From: Candidatus Adiutrix sp.
GTDB lineage: Bacteria > Desulfobacterota > Desulfarculia > Adiutricales > Adiutricaceae
DNA length: 64,000 nt
Assembly: GCA_031549025.1 (NCBI GenBank)
Contig: JAVBQN010000061.1
Coordinates: forward strand, 6,882-70,881
Direction: 5' to 3'
Made by a program: the position numbers and the translations under genes
Notes under the pieces: generated by a model
The model's database searches: none
What the model was told of the DNA's origin: nothing
Seen by the model: only the letters and a program-made list of their open reading frames with translations
Shown: piece by piece, positions 17,368 through 25,582 of the stretch
Layout of the letters: the number at the start of each line of letters is the position of its first letter
How positions within the stretch are numbered: the stretch's first letter is position 1

Positions 17368-18375
17368 TTATTTGCTCTGACTCAATTGGTAAGCGACATC
17401 GACGATCATGTCTTCCTGTCCGCCAACCATTTTTCGATTGCCAAGCTCCACTAAGATGTTCAGCGGGTTGACGCCGAACTTTTCCGCGGCCCGGTACGTG
17501 TGGAGTAAAAAGCTGGAATATACGCCTGAATATCCGAGCATCATGGAGGCGTTGTCAATGATCTGCGGGCGTTTCATGGCCGGGCCGACGATTTCTTCGG
17601 CCACGTCTAACAAGCGATAAAAGTCAATGTCCGTACCGTATCCCTGACGTTTGAGAATTCCCGCGAGCACCTCGATCTGGCAATTTCCGGCTCCGGCGCC
17701 GAGCCCGCGGCAGGTTCCGTCGATATAGGACGCGCCGGACTCCACGGCGGCTAGCGAGTTGGCTATGGCCAGCCCTAAATTATTGTGCGCGTGGAAGCCC
17801 ACGGGCACGGGAAGCTTTTCCGCCAGATAGTCAATTCTGGTGCGAACGCCATCCGGGAGGAGGTATCCGGCTGAGTCGGCGATGTTGACATAATCGGCTC
17901 CGGCGTCCACAAAAATCATCGCCTGCTCGTAAAGCTGCTCGGGGGAAACCATATGCGCCATCATCAGGAAACCAACCGGCATGATGCCGTTTCGCTTCGC
18001 GTACGAAATGTGCTGGATTCCAATATCCGCTTCCGTACAGTGAGTGGCGACGCGTACGATGCTGGCGCCATTTTCATGCGCCTGCTCCAGATTCTCGATC
18101 GTGCCGATGCCAGGTATCAACAGCACCGCCAGGCGCGCTCTTTCCATTACGGAGACGGCGGCCTGGTGAAGATCGCATTCATTTGACTCCAAAAACCCGT
18201 AATTGATGGATGATCCCGCGATGCCGTCTCCGTGGGCGACTTCAATAATTTGGATTCCCGCCTGGTCAAGCCCGGAAACGATCGCGCGGGCCTGCTCCGG
18301 CGTAAAGCTGTGGCTCACCGCATGGCTTCCGTCACGCAGAGTAGTGTCGACCAAGGTAATTTTTGGATTATTCAT
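17368..18375 (-). CDS. 4-hydroxy-2-oxovalerate (4-hydroxy-2-oxoacid) aldolase, DmpG/MhpE/BphI type
   Basis: ITLVDTTLRDGSHAVSH, GFHAHNNLGLAIANSLAAVESGA and DGTCRGLGAGAGN match the HMGL-like DmpG family including its C-terminal communication domain. Confidence 0.9.
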   Translation of the reverse strand: MNNPKITLVDTTLRDGSHAVSHSFTPEQARAIVSGLDQAGIQIIEVAHGDGIAGSSINYGFLESNECDLHQAAVSVMERARLAVLLIPGIGTIENLEQAHENGASIVRVATHCTEADIGIQHISYAKRNGIMPVGFLMMAHMVSPEQLYEQAMIFVDAGADYVNIADSAGYLLPDGVRTRIDYLAEKLPVPVGFHAHNNLGLAIANSLAAVESGASYIDGTCRGLGAGAGNCQIEVLAGILKRQGYGTDIDFYRLLDVAEEIVGPAMKRPQIIDNASMMLGYSGVYSSFLLHTYRAAEKFGVNPLNILVELGNRKMVGGQEDMIVDVAYQLSQSK

Positions 18376-19244
18376 TATCGTTCCCCCCTTAGTACCCGCC
18401 CGGCGACAATATCCGCGGCCGCGGCCGCCGCCGCGTTATGGATATCGAGATTTCCGGAATACTTCGGCAGATAATCTCCAGCTCCTTCGACCTGAATGAT
18501 TACGGTCACCTTGTTGCCGTCTATGATGGGAGGAACCCGGAGCCGGTAATTGGGCACATATTTTTGCACCTCCTGGACAATGTCGTTTACGGATTCCTCG
18601 ATCGCCTTTTTGTCGGGATCGCGCACAAATGAATGGATGGTGTTGGTCATCAGGAGCGGCGGCTCCGCCGGATTGAGGATGATGATGGCCTTGCTTCGAT
18701 CGGCGCCGGCCACGGTACGCAGCGCTTTGGCCGTCGTCTGCGTAAATTCGTCGATGCTGGAACGGGTACCGGGGCCGGCACTTTTGGAGGCGATGCAGGC
18801 GATGATTTCGGCATATTCCGTATTCGCCGCCCGATTGACGGCGTAGGCAATGGGCACGGTCGCCTGGCCGCCGCAGGTGACCAGATTATAATTGTCCACG
18901 TTTCCAAGGCGACCGAGGTTGACGCAGGGCACCACAAAAGGCCCCACCGCCGCGGGCGTAAGATCAAATACAATCTTCCCGGCCTCTTTCAGCAAGGGGG
19001 CATTTTCCAAATGCCCGGAAGCGCTGGTCGCGTCGAACACGATTTTGATGTCGGTGCGATCGGCCAACACGGAGGCGCCGTGGGGCGACACATCAATTCC
19101 CATATTGGCTGCGCGCTGGAGTCCTTCGGATTTTCTTCTTCCGACCACCATCGCAATTTCCATATGTTGACTACGCTTGATCTTGAAGATCAAATCAGTG
19201 CCGATATTGCCCGGTCCAATGACGGCGGTTTTTATTTTTTCCAC
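18375..19244 (-). CDS. Acetaldehyde/aldehyde dehydrogenase (acylating), DmpF/MhpF/BphJ type
   Basis: [26 protein letters not shown] (catalytic Cys) and [12 protein letters not shown]. The stop/start shares 1 nt with the aldolase gene, as in dmpFG-type pairs. Confidence 0.9.
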   Translation of the reverse strand: MEKIKTAVIGPGNIGTDLIFKIKRSQHMEIAMVVGRRKSEGLQRAANMGIDVSPHGASVLADRTDIKIVFDATSASGHLENAPLLKEAGKIVFDLTPAAVGPFVVPCVNLGRLGNVDNYNLVTCGGQATVPIAYAVNRAANTEYAEIIACIASKSAGPGTRSSIDEFTQTTAKALRTVAGADRSKAIIILNPAEPPLLMTNTIHSFVRDPDKKAIEESVNDIVQEVQKYVPNYRLRVPPIIDGNKVTVIIQVEGAGDYLPKYSGNLDIHNAAAAAAADIVAGRVLRGER

Positions 19245-19265
19245 AATAACCTGCTTCCAGTTGCC

Positions 19266-20351
19266 TTAGCTGTTTGTCTTCGGAAACACGTAGGGGGACA
19301 CGTCAAGGCCTTGCGCTTTGGCCGCATCCAGCATGTCATCCAAGATTTTTTCCGAAATTTTGAGACCTTCCTGCCCGCTTTCCGCTTCCAGCTTCGCCTC
19401 TATCTCGCCGGGATACATAATGCCGGGGGACCCTTCCCGCACAGGCAAGCCATGCAAATATTCGATATACTGATCCACTTTGCCGCGATAGACGTCGATA
19501 TCCTCAAAGATGCCGATGTCTACGGCCAGGAAGCAGTGGCTGGTGGCGAAATCCGCGAAATTGACCGCTGCGGAGGCGTTTTCAGGCAGAGTGTGGAACA
19601 TCGAGCCCGCCAGGATGGAAGTCATCGTTTCCCCAATGACGCCCAATCCAAAGCCCTTATGGTGGCCAAAAGGCATCATGATATATTCAGGCAAGGGGAA
19701 TTTGGTGGAATCCGTCGTCATTACGCCGTCGGGTCCCAGCCAGGCATTTTCCGGGAAGGGCTGGTTGAGGCGCTGATATTCAAAAATTTTGCCCTGCGCC
19801 ATATATCCGACCGCGACATCAAGACAGATGTTGGCATATTCCCCGGCGGGCACGGACCAGGAAAACGGATTACTGCCGATGGCGCGGCTTATGCCGTTCG
19901 GCGCCGCGACCGCAGCGATGGAATTGGTGGTAACGTAGCCGATCATATCCTTTTGAGCCAGCAGCAGCGACCAATAAGCGGCCTCCCCGAAATGATTGCT
20001 GTTACGTACCACGGTCATGGCCATTCCGCTCTGTTTGGCTTTCGCCCGGGTAATTTCGCAGCATTTCTTGCTCACGACGGCACCCGGGGCATTGCCGGCG
20101 TCGATCACGGCGGAAACAGGGGTTTCCTTTATGGTGACAAGGTTCATTTTCGTGCCGAAATCTCCGTCCTTGAACATTTGAATATAGCTTGGGATACGAA
20201 CCACGCCATGGCTTTTCACGCCGCGCGCATCCGCTTTGGTCAGTGTTTCGGCCAGAGTGTGGGCATCCTCCTCGACTAAACCGCAGGTCATAAAAATCCG
20301 TGTGCCAAGCTCTATCAGTTTTTCAAGGCTTACTCGATATGCCGCTTCCAT
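19266..20351 (-). CDS. Ldh2-family (malate/L-lactate/sulfolactate/diketogulonate-type) NAD(P)-dependent dehydrogenase
   Basis: ORF 19266..20573 trimmed to MEAAYRVSLEKL. GVKSHGVVRIPSY, NSNHFGEAAYW, IGSNPFSW and HKGFGLG match the Ldh_2 family. Confidence 0.82.
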   Translation of the reverse strand: MEAAYRVSLEKLIELGTRIFMTCGLVEEDAHTLAETLTKADARGVKSHGVVRIPSYIQMFKDGDFGTKMNLVTIKETPVSAVIDAGNAPGAVVSKKCCEITRAKAKQSGMAMTVVRNSNHFGEAAYWSLLLAQKDMIGYVTTNSIAAVAAPNGISRAIGSNPFSWSVPAGEYANICLDVAVGYMAQGKIFEYQRLNQPFPENAWLGPDGVMTTDSTKFPLPEYIMMPFGHHKGFGLGVIGETMTSILAGSMFHTLPENASAAVNFADFATSHCFLAVDIGIFEDIDVYRGKVDQYIEYLHGLPVREGSPGIMYPGEIEAKLEAESGQEGLKISEKILDDMLDAAKAQGLDVSPYVFPKTNS

Positions 20352-20475
20352 AGCCACGGTCACTCCTTTCCGCGAACAATGCGAGCTTGTATTTTCCCGC
20401 CGGCTTGCACGCGGCTCACCAGCGGGAAAAACCCCGCTCTTCCTTTGACAGGAGGCGCTTGAGTGCAAGGCCGTC

Positions 20476-21516
20476 TCACGACGGGTTTTTCTCAATCCAC
20501 TGAAACACATCTTCGCCGATGATCTTTTTGTTTTTCTCGTGGACAGGAACCAAACGCGCTCTGAATTCCTCAAAATCAGGATACGTCAGATTAACACCCA
20601 ACTTCTTCATCTCTTCAACGGCACCGGTCTGGTTCCATTCCCTGGACCATTCGTTGGTTTCACGAATCGCCGTGACGGCCGCTTCCCGAATGATCTGCTG
20701 ATAATCAGCGGGCAGGGTGTCGAGGATTTTTTTGCTCCCGATAAATATGTGGGTCAATTGGAACCACGGAACCATGGCATAGTTGGGCGCCACTTCATAA
20801 AAACGCATCGACATATACGTGGCCTGCTGGTTGTCCATGCCGTCGATAACACCGGTCTGTAGCGCCTGATAGCACTCGTTGTAAGGCATGGGCGCGGCCA
20901 TGCCGCCCAGAGCCGCTATCCCGTCGACAAACATGGAAGACGGCATCACCCGAATTTTCAGGTTCTTCAAGTCGGCCACGGACTTGATGGAATGCTTCGG
21001 GGAAGTGAGAATATATCGGCCGCCAATCGTCACCCCGCCATAGGCTTCAAGCCCGATATCCGCAAGCGTGTCGAGCCTTTTCCTCGCGACGTCACTCTTG
21101 AGGAAGTTGTCCAGGTGATCAAAGCTTTCGAACAGCATGGGGGTATCCAGAAACAGAAGCTGATCCGTAAAGGTGGCGAAATTCGCACTCGCGCAATTGG
21201 CGAAAGCAAGATCGCCCGTGCGCATCATTTCGATATAGTCTTGTTCGACGCCCAACGAACCGCCAGCGTGCAGAATGAATGTTACATTCCCATTCGTTCT
21301 TTTTTCCACTTCCGCCATAAACTTTTTGAGCGGGATCACAATGGCGTCGCGGTCGTTGTCAACGGTCACCGAAGCGACATGAAGCTTGAATTTTTCCGTG
21401 CTGGTGGCCACCGTCGCGCCGGACGGGTCGGCCGCGCTTACAGTACCGCCGTATCCGGCCATGAGCAAGGACAGCACCGTCACCAACATGGCCCTCGTAA
21501 CTCTCGTATTTTTCAT
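20476..21516 (-). CDS. TRAP transporter substrate-binding protein (DctP family)
   Basis: Signal peptide MKNTRVTRAMLVTVLSLLMAGYGGTVSA, then DctP-like LKIRVMPS..., QALQTGVIDG and FYEV. Confidence 0.85.
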   Translation of the reverse strand: MKNTRVTRAMLVTVLSLLMAGYGGTVSAADPSGATVATSTEKFKLHVASVTVDNDRDAIVIPLKKFMAEVEKRTNGNVTFILHAGGSLGVEQDYIEMMRTGDLAFANCASANFATFTDQLLFLDTPMLFESFDHLDNFLKSDVARKRLDTLADIGLEAYGGVTIGGRYILTSPKHSIKSVADLKNLKIRVMPSSMFVDGIAALGGMAAPMPYNECYQALQTGVIDGMDNQQATYMSMRFYEVAPNYAMVPWFQLTHIFIGSKKILDTLPADYQQIIREAAVTAIRETNEWSREWNQTGAVEEMKKLGVNLTYPDFEEFRARLVPVHEKNKKIIGEDVFQWIEKNPS

Positions 21517-21703
21517 TCCTGACTCTCCTCTCACTATTTCTGACTATTGGCTGCAACAAAACCGAACGATTGTTCCACCTGGCCTGCCATTATTATTGAC
21601 TCACCTCCTGGAAATACGTTTTGCCGAATCTGCCATTTATCCTTGAAGACACTATGGGGCGGCTTTAAAAACAAAGCCGGTACGCCAGCGCCTCCGTTCC
21701 GAA

Positions 21704-23008
21704 TTACCCGATTTTCAATCCCAACAGCCGCGGCAGCCACAGGAAGCTGTCGGGGAAAACCGTCACGATAACTGTAATAATGCAATACAAAATGACGAAA
21801 GGTATGATCGCCACGCAGATCTTCTCCAGCGGCTGCTTCAAAATAAAGCTGGATGAGAAAAGGTAGGTGCCCACCGGAGGCGTGATGCCGCCGGCGAGAT
21901 TGCTGATGAGGAACAGGGCGGCAATATGGAAGGGATTGACGCCCAGCGGAGCCAACGCGGCCACGGCCGTGGGTGCGAGTACGACACACAATGAGATGGT
22001 GTCGATAAAACAGCCGGCAATCATCAGGATCAGCAGCAGGAACAGCAGCCCCCAAACGGGGTTGCCCACGCTGATCGAAACCAGATAATCGATGAACATC
22101 TGGGTGATGCCGGTAAAACTCATAGCATAACTGAGAATGTACGACGTGGATATCAAGAAGAGGATGATGGCCGAGGTGGAGGCGGTGCCGATCATGATAT
22201 CGTAAAAGACGCGAACGGTCAGCTTCCTGTAGGCCATGGCCATCATCAGGGACAACACGGACCCGACCGCCCCCGCCTCGGTCGGCGTAAAGACGCCGCC
22301 GTACATCCCGCCGATGATCACAATCGGCACCAGCATTAACGGGGCGGCTTTTAAAATGGATTTGACCTTTTCTCCGAAGGTATAGGTCTCCGTGGTGCCG
22401 CCATAGCCCCTTCTGGCGGCCACGAAAGAAATAAGGATGGTCAGCCCGATGATGGCCATCAAGCCTATCGCAAAATCCACAATGAACAGGTCGCTGATGG
22501 AAATTCCGGCGGCAACGCCCAGCACGACACAGGCGATGCTGGGCGGGATCAATGATCCCAACGGGGCGGCACTGGCGATGACCGCGGCTGTCCAATTACC
22601 CGGATAGCCTTTTTTCATCATTTCCGGGCCAATCAGATTGCAAAAGGTGACGCAGGTGGCATTGGCGGACCCGGTCAACGCGCCGAACATGGCACTGGCA
22701 TAAACGACCACCAAAGCCAACCCGCCGCGCAGACGGCCGATAATCGGCATGATGGCGTTTACAAGCATGGCGGCCATCCCGGTTCGCTCAAAGATGATCC
22801 CCATGAGGGTAAAAAGGAAAATGGCCAGGAGGGAGTGCGAAATGAAGGGCGCGAATATGCTCTTTAAGATGATCGTGACATTCAAGCCGAACATCAATAG
22901 GGCTATAACGCACGCGCTGCCCATGGAGAAAGTGAGGGGCACGCCCAGGAACAAAAAACCGAAGAAGGAAATGAATAATACCGCAATCACAACAGATTGA
23001 CTTATCAT
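21704..23008 (-). CDS. TRAP transporter large permease (DctM family)
   Basis: ORF trimmed to MISQSVVIAVLF. About 434 aa, highly hydrophobic, DctM-like throughout. It overlaps the dctQ stop by 4 nt (ATGA). Confidence 0.88.
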   Translation of the reverse strand: MISQSVVIAVLFISFFGFLFLGVPLTFSMGSACVIALLMFGLNVTIILKSIFAPFISHSLLAIFLFTLMGIIFERTGMAAMLVNAIMPIIGRLRGGLALVVVYASAMFGALTGSANATCVTFCNLIGPEMMKKGYPGNWTAAVIASAAPLGSLIPPSIACVVLGVAAGISISDLFIVDFAIGLMAIIGLTILISFVAARRGYGGTTETYTFGEKVKSILKAAPLMLVPIVIIGGMYGGVFTPTEAGAVGSVLSLMMAMAYRKLTVRVFYDIMIGTASTSAIILFLISTSYILSYAMSFTGITQMFIDYLVSISVGNPVWGLLFLLLILMIAGCFIDTISLCVVLAPTAVAALAPLGVNPFHIAALFLISNLAGGITPPVGTYLFSSSFILKQPLEKICVAIIPFVILYCIITVIVTVFPDSFLWLPRLLGLKIG

Positions 23009-23547
23009 TGTTCTTCCCCAATCCATACCGTGATAATTTTGAATAGGCAACGGGCACACATAACCAGCAGCACAACCACTCCCACGCCGTATATGAATCC
23101 GTACGATATACCCAGTGAAATGGTTTTCTGGGCGATATACATCGGCATCATCGAAAGCCCTTTGATGCCGGCCAGCCCCGCAAATAAAAGCATGACCCCA
23201 TAGATCAAGGTAAAATAACACTTTCTAAACGCCACATTGGCACTCGTTTTTACCCGGCTTGAAAAAATTTCTATGGCGGGGTGTCCATCTACTCCAATCA
23301 GATAGCTAACCCCCCAAAAGGTCAGCCAAACATAGAGCATGATCGAAAGTTCTTCCGTGTAGGGCGCGGGTATAGAGAACAAATAGCGTGCGGCGACCCC
23401 CCAGGTCATATTGACAAACAGCAGAAGGCTCGCTAAAAACATACAAAATTTTTCAACGCGAACCACCCCGGCGTCAATCAGGTGAATCATTTTCATCACG
23501 CCTTTACACTTTCCAGCCTTAACATCGCTAATAATTTCATTAGGCAT
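23005..23547 (-). CDS. TRAP transporter small permease (DctQ family)
   Basis: ORF trimmed to MPNEIISDV (RBS-like GGAATGGGGAAAC upstream). About 180 aa with 4 hydrophobic segments, positioned immediately upstream of dctM. Confidence 0.75.
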   Translation of the reverse strand: MPNEIISDVKAGKCKGVMKMIHLIDAGVVRVEKFCMFLASLLLFVNMTWGVAARYLFSIPAPYTEELSIMLYVWLTFWGVSYLIGVDGHPAIEIFSSRVKTSANVAFRKCYFTLIYGVMLLFAGLAGIKGLSMMPMYIAQKTISLGISYGFIYGVGVVVLLVMCARCLFKIITVWIGEEQ

Positions 23548-24156
23548 AGTTTCCCCATTCCTGGCCTGACTTTGACCCCTCCGAATATGGGCGCATTCGC
23601 TTCGGTTCAGGAGCCACGCGCGTTCCCCCGGGCAACTGTTTTCGGGTACTTCCCAAACAGCCCCCATTCGAGCCGGGCAAACCTCAGATGGCCCGCTCCC
23701 GTTTTTCACAATCGTCAAGAGACATGCGTTCTCCTTAAGTACGAAAAAATCTGGATAAAAACTCCAACCTCCGGGGGCGGCTTTCTGCGGCCTTAATCTC
23801 GGTCGCTTCTGAGCAATGGCGCGCTTCGGCCGCATAGGATGAGCGTGGCCAAAGCGGGCAGCATCATGCTGGCGGATGGGGATACTTTGACGGTCACATC
23901 GGCCATGGCCAGTTGACTACCCCGCAGGATGTTTGTCATGTGCCCGGCTTCATAGTATGGAGTGTATTCATTGCGCACCAGCCCAGCTTTCCTCGAAGAG
24001 GCAATGTCAGCAGCGGCCAATTCACTCGCCATCGACAAATATCATTTGTTTATTATGTAATACGGAAGGATGATTTTAAAGAACCCCTTTGACAAGTGTT
24101 GTTAGTTGTCAGGGCAAAATCAGTAATATGACCAGAGATTCACCAAAGAGCATTTT

Positions 24157-24181
24157 GTTCGTTATTGCCGAACGTCGTTCG
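24157..24181. promoter_or_regulatory. Candidate operator: GTTCG-N7-CGAACG-T-CGTTCG half-site cluster
   Basis: gttcgttattgccgaacgtcgttcg contains the 6-1-6 palindrome cgaacg-t-cgttcg (24169-24181) plus an upstream inverted half-site. A second inverted repeat, tgacaa-N10-ttgtca, lies at about 24091-24112. Both sit in the 684-bp gap between the IclR gene and dctQ. Confidence 0.3.
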
Positions 24182-24231
24182 TAATGCAAGGTAAAAAATA
24201 TATGAATAACCACTCCCGGTCGAGCCCGGCT

Positions 24232-25011
24232 TCAACGCTTCAGACAGTATCCCAAATACTCCGATACTTTGTTGGTGCATGCCAGCAGACCAGTTTTGAT
24301 TTCATCCATCTGGAATTCCTTTATGCGCCCCAAGGGAAAAGAAACGCTGATCGCCATTTGCGGTTGGGCTAAATGGTTGAACACGGGAGCCGCCACACAA
24401 TCGAGTCCCGGCTCAATTTCCCCCCTGTCAACTGCCACGCCTGCCCGGCGGATCTTCTCCAGCTCCAATCGCAGGATGTCTTTATCGGTGATCGTGTTTT
24501 CCGTCAGCTTGATTAAGGGCACCTCGGTGATGTAGGCATTCACGTAGTCCTCGGGCATATGAGCCAGGATAGCTTTCCCTACGCCAGTGCAGTACATGGG
24601 GGCCCGCTTCCCAATCTGCGAGTAAACGACAAGCGCGTTAGTATTCTCGATTTTGTCGATGTAAATGATCTCGAAATTCGAGGGCACTCCCAAATGGACG
24701 GTGGCCGGATACTTTTGCGCCAGGGTTTGACAGACGACGCTCGCTTCCCGCCTGGCATCCATCCGCGATTGGACCAAATTACCAAATTCAAACAGGCTGA
24801 TTCCTAGTCTGTAACGCTTATTGGTAGGCAACTGTTCAAGAAAAAAGTAAGCTGTCAGGGTGTTGACCATGCCGTATACGGTACTTTTGCTCAACCCCAG
24901 CATGCTGGACAATTCGGATATCCCCAATTCAGCGTTATTAGCGAAGCAGGCCAATATATCCATCGCCCGCGCAACAGATTGAACCTGGACACCTGGTCGC
25001 TCCTTGCGCAT
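24232..25011 (-). CDS. IclR family transcriptional regulator
   Basis: QSVARAMDILACF...LGISELSSMLGLSKSTVYGMVNTL (wHTH), and a C-terminal effector domain with CTGVGKAILA and GLDCVAAPVF. Confidence 0.9.
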   Translation of the reverse strand: MRKERPGVQVQSVARAMDILACFANNAELGISELSSMLGLSKSTVYGMVNTLTAYFFLEQLPTNKRYRLGISLFEFGNLVQSRMDARREASVVCQTLAQKYPATVHLGVPSNFEIIYIDKIENTNALVVYSQIGKRAPMYCTGVGKAILAHMPEDYVNAYITEVPLIKLTENTITDKDILRLELEKIRRAGVAVDRGEIEPGLDCVAAPVFNHLAQPQMAISVSFPLGRIKEFQMDEIKTGLLACTNKVSEYLGYCLKR

Positions 25012-25171
25012 AATTTATTATCCTCACTTTACGGTCTTTATTTTATCTTCAACAGGGGGATTTGTCAATATCTTTCCAATACCATTTGTCGCTTTTTTCA
25101 AAGGCGATGGCGGCGATAACCAAATGCAGTAACGCAATGGGGGCTGAGCGTTCAGGAGACTCGAGTATTAA

Positions 25172-25486
25172 GGGGCTGGCGGGCGTAAAGTGTTTCTGAT
25201 CCTTGACAACCTGAAGGTGCATCGCGCCAAAGTGGTCAAAACCTGGCTGTCGAAGCCGGAGCGGCGCAAGGAAATCGAGGTTTTCTACCTGCCCTCGTAT
25301 TCTCCGGAGTTGAATCCGGACGAATATCTCAACTGCGACTTGAAGTGCGGCGTTCATAGTGGGACGCCGGCCCGAAACAAAGAGCAGTTCTCCAAGAAGA
25401 CCATTGGTCACATGCGGATGCTTCAGAAAAAACCAAATCGCGTCCGCAAGTACTTCAAATATTCCAAGATCGGTTATGCCACATAA
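25172..25486 (+). pseudogene. IS630-family transposase, C-terminal fragment only
   Basis: The open frame starts right after a TAA at 25169. VFLILDNLKVHRAK...VFYLPSYSPELNPDEYLN is the IS630/Tc1-like DDE C-terminal signature. The N-terminal two-thirds (HTH and the first Asp) are absent. Confidence 0.8.
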
Positions 25487-25512
25487 CAGATATACTCAAT
25501 GGCCGGGTCAAT

Positions 25513-25542
25513 AAAACCCCCGGCGAAGCGGATCGCCGGGGG
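25513..25542 (-). terminator. Rho-independent terminator downstream of flgE
   Basis: The minus strand reads cccccggcg-atccgctt-cgccggggg followed by tttt, about 40 nt after the flgE stop. Confidence 0.8.
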
Positions 25543-25582
25543 CCGCTTGTGAGTGGAGGAACTCACGGGGAAGCGTTACTCA

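Larger units (their letters stand above)
12119..25500. other. Lower-GC genomic island (catabolic GRE/TRAP cluster) bounded on the right by an IS630 remnant
   Basis: There is an abrupt change from G/C-rich to A/T-rich third codon positions at about 12119 and back at about 25500. All 11 intact genes are co-oriented on the minus strand. A truncated transposase lies at 25172-25486. Exact GC was not computed. Confidence 0.6.

Noticed and set aside
25049-25411. 120-aa minus-strand ORF next to the IclR gene
   Set aside because: It is antisense to the IS630 transposase fragment, whose DDE-region motif (LDN...YSPELNPDE) identifies the real (pseudo)coding strand.
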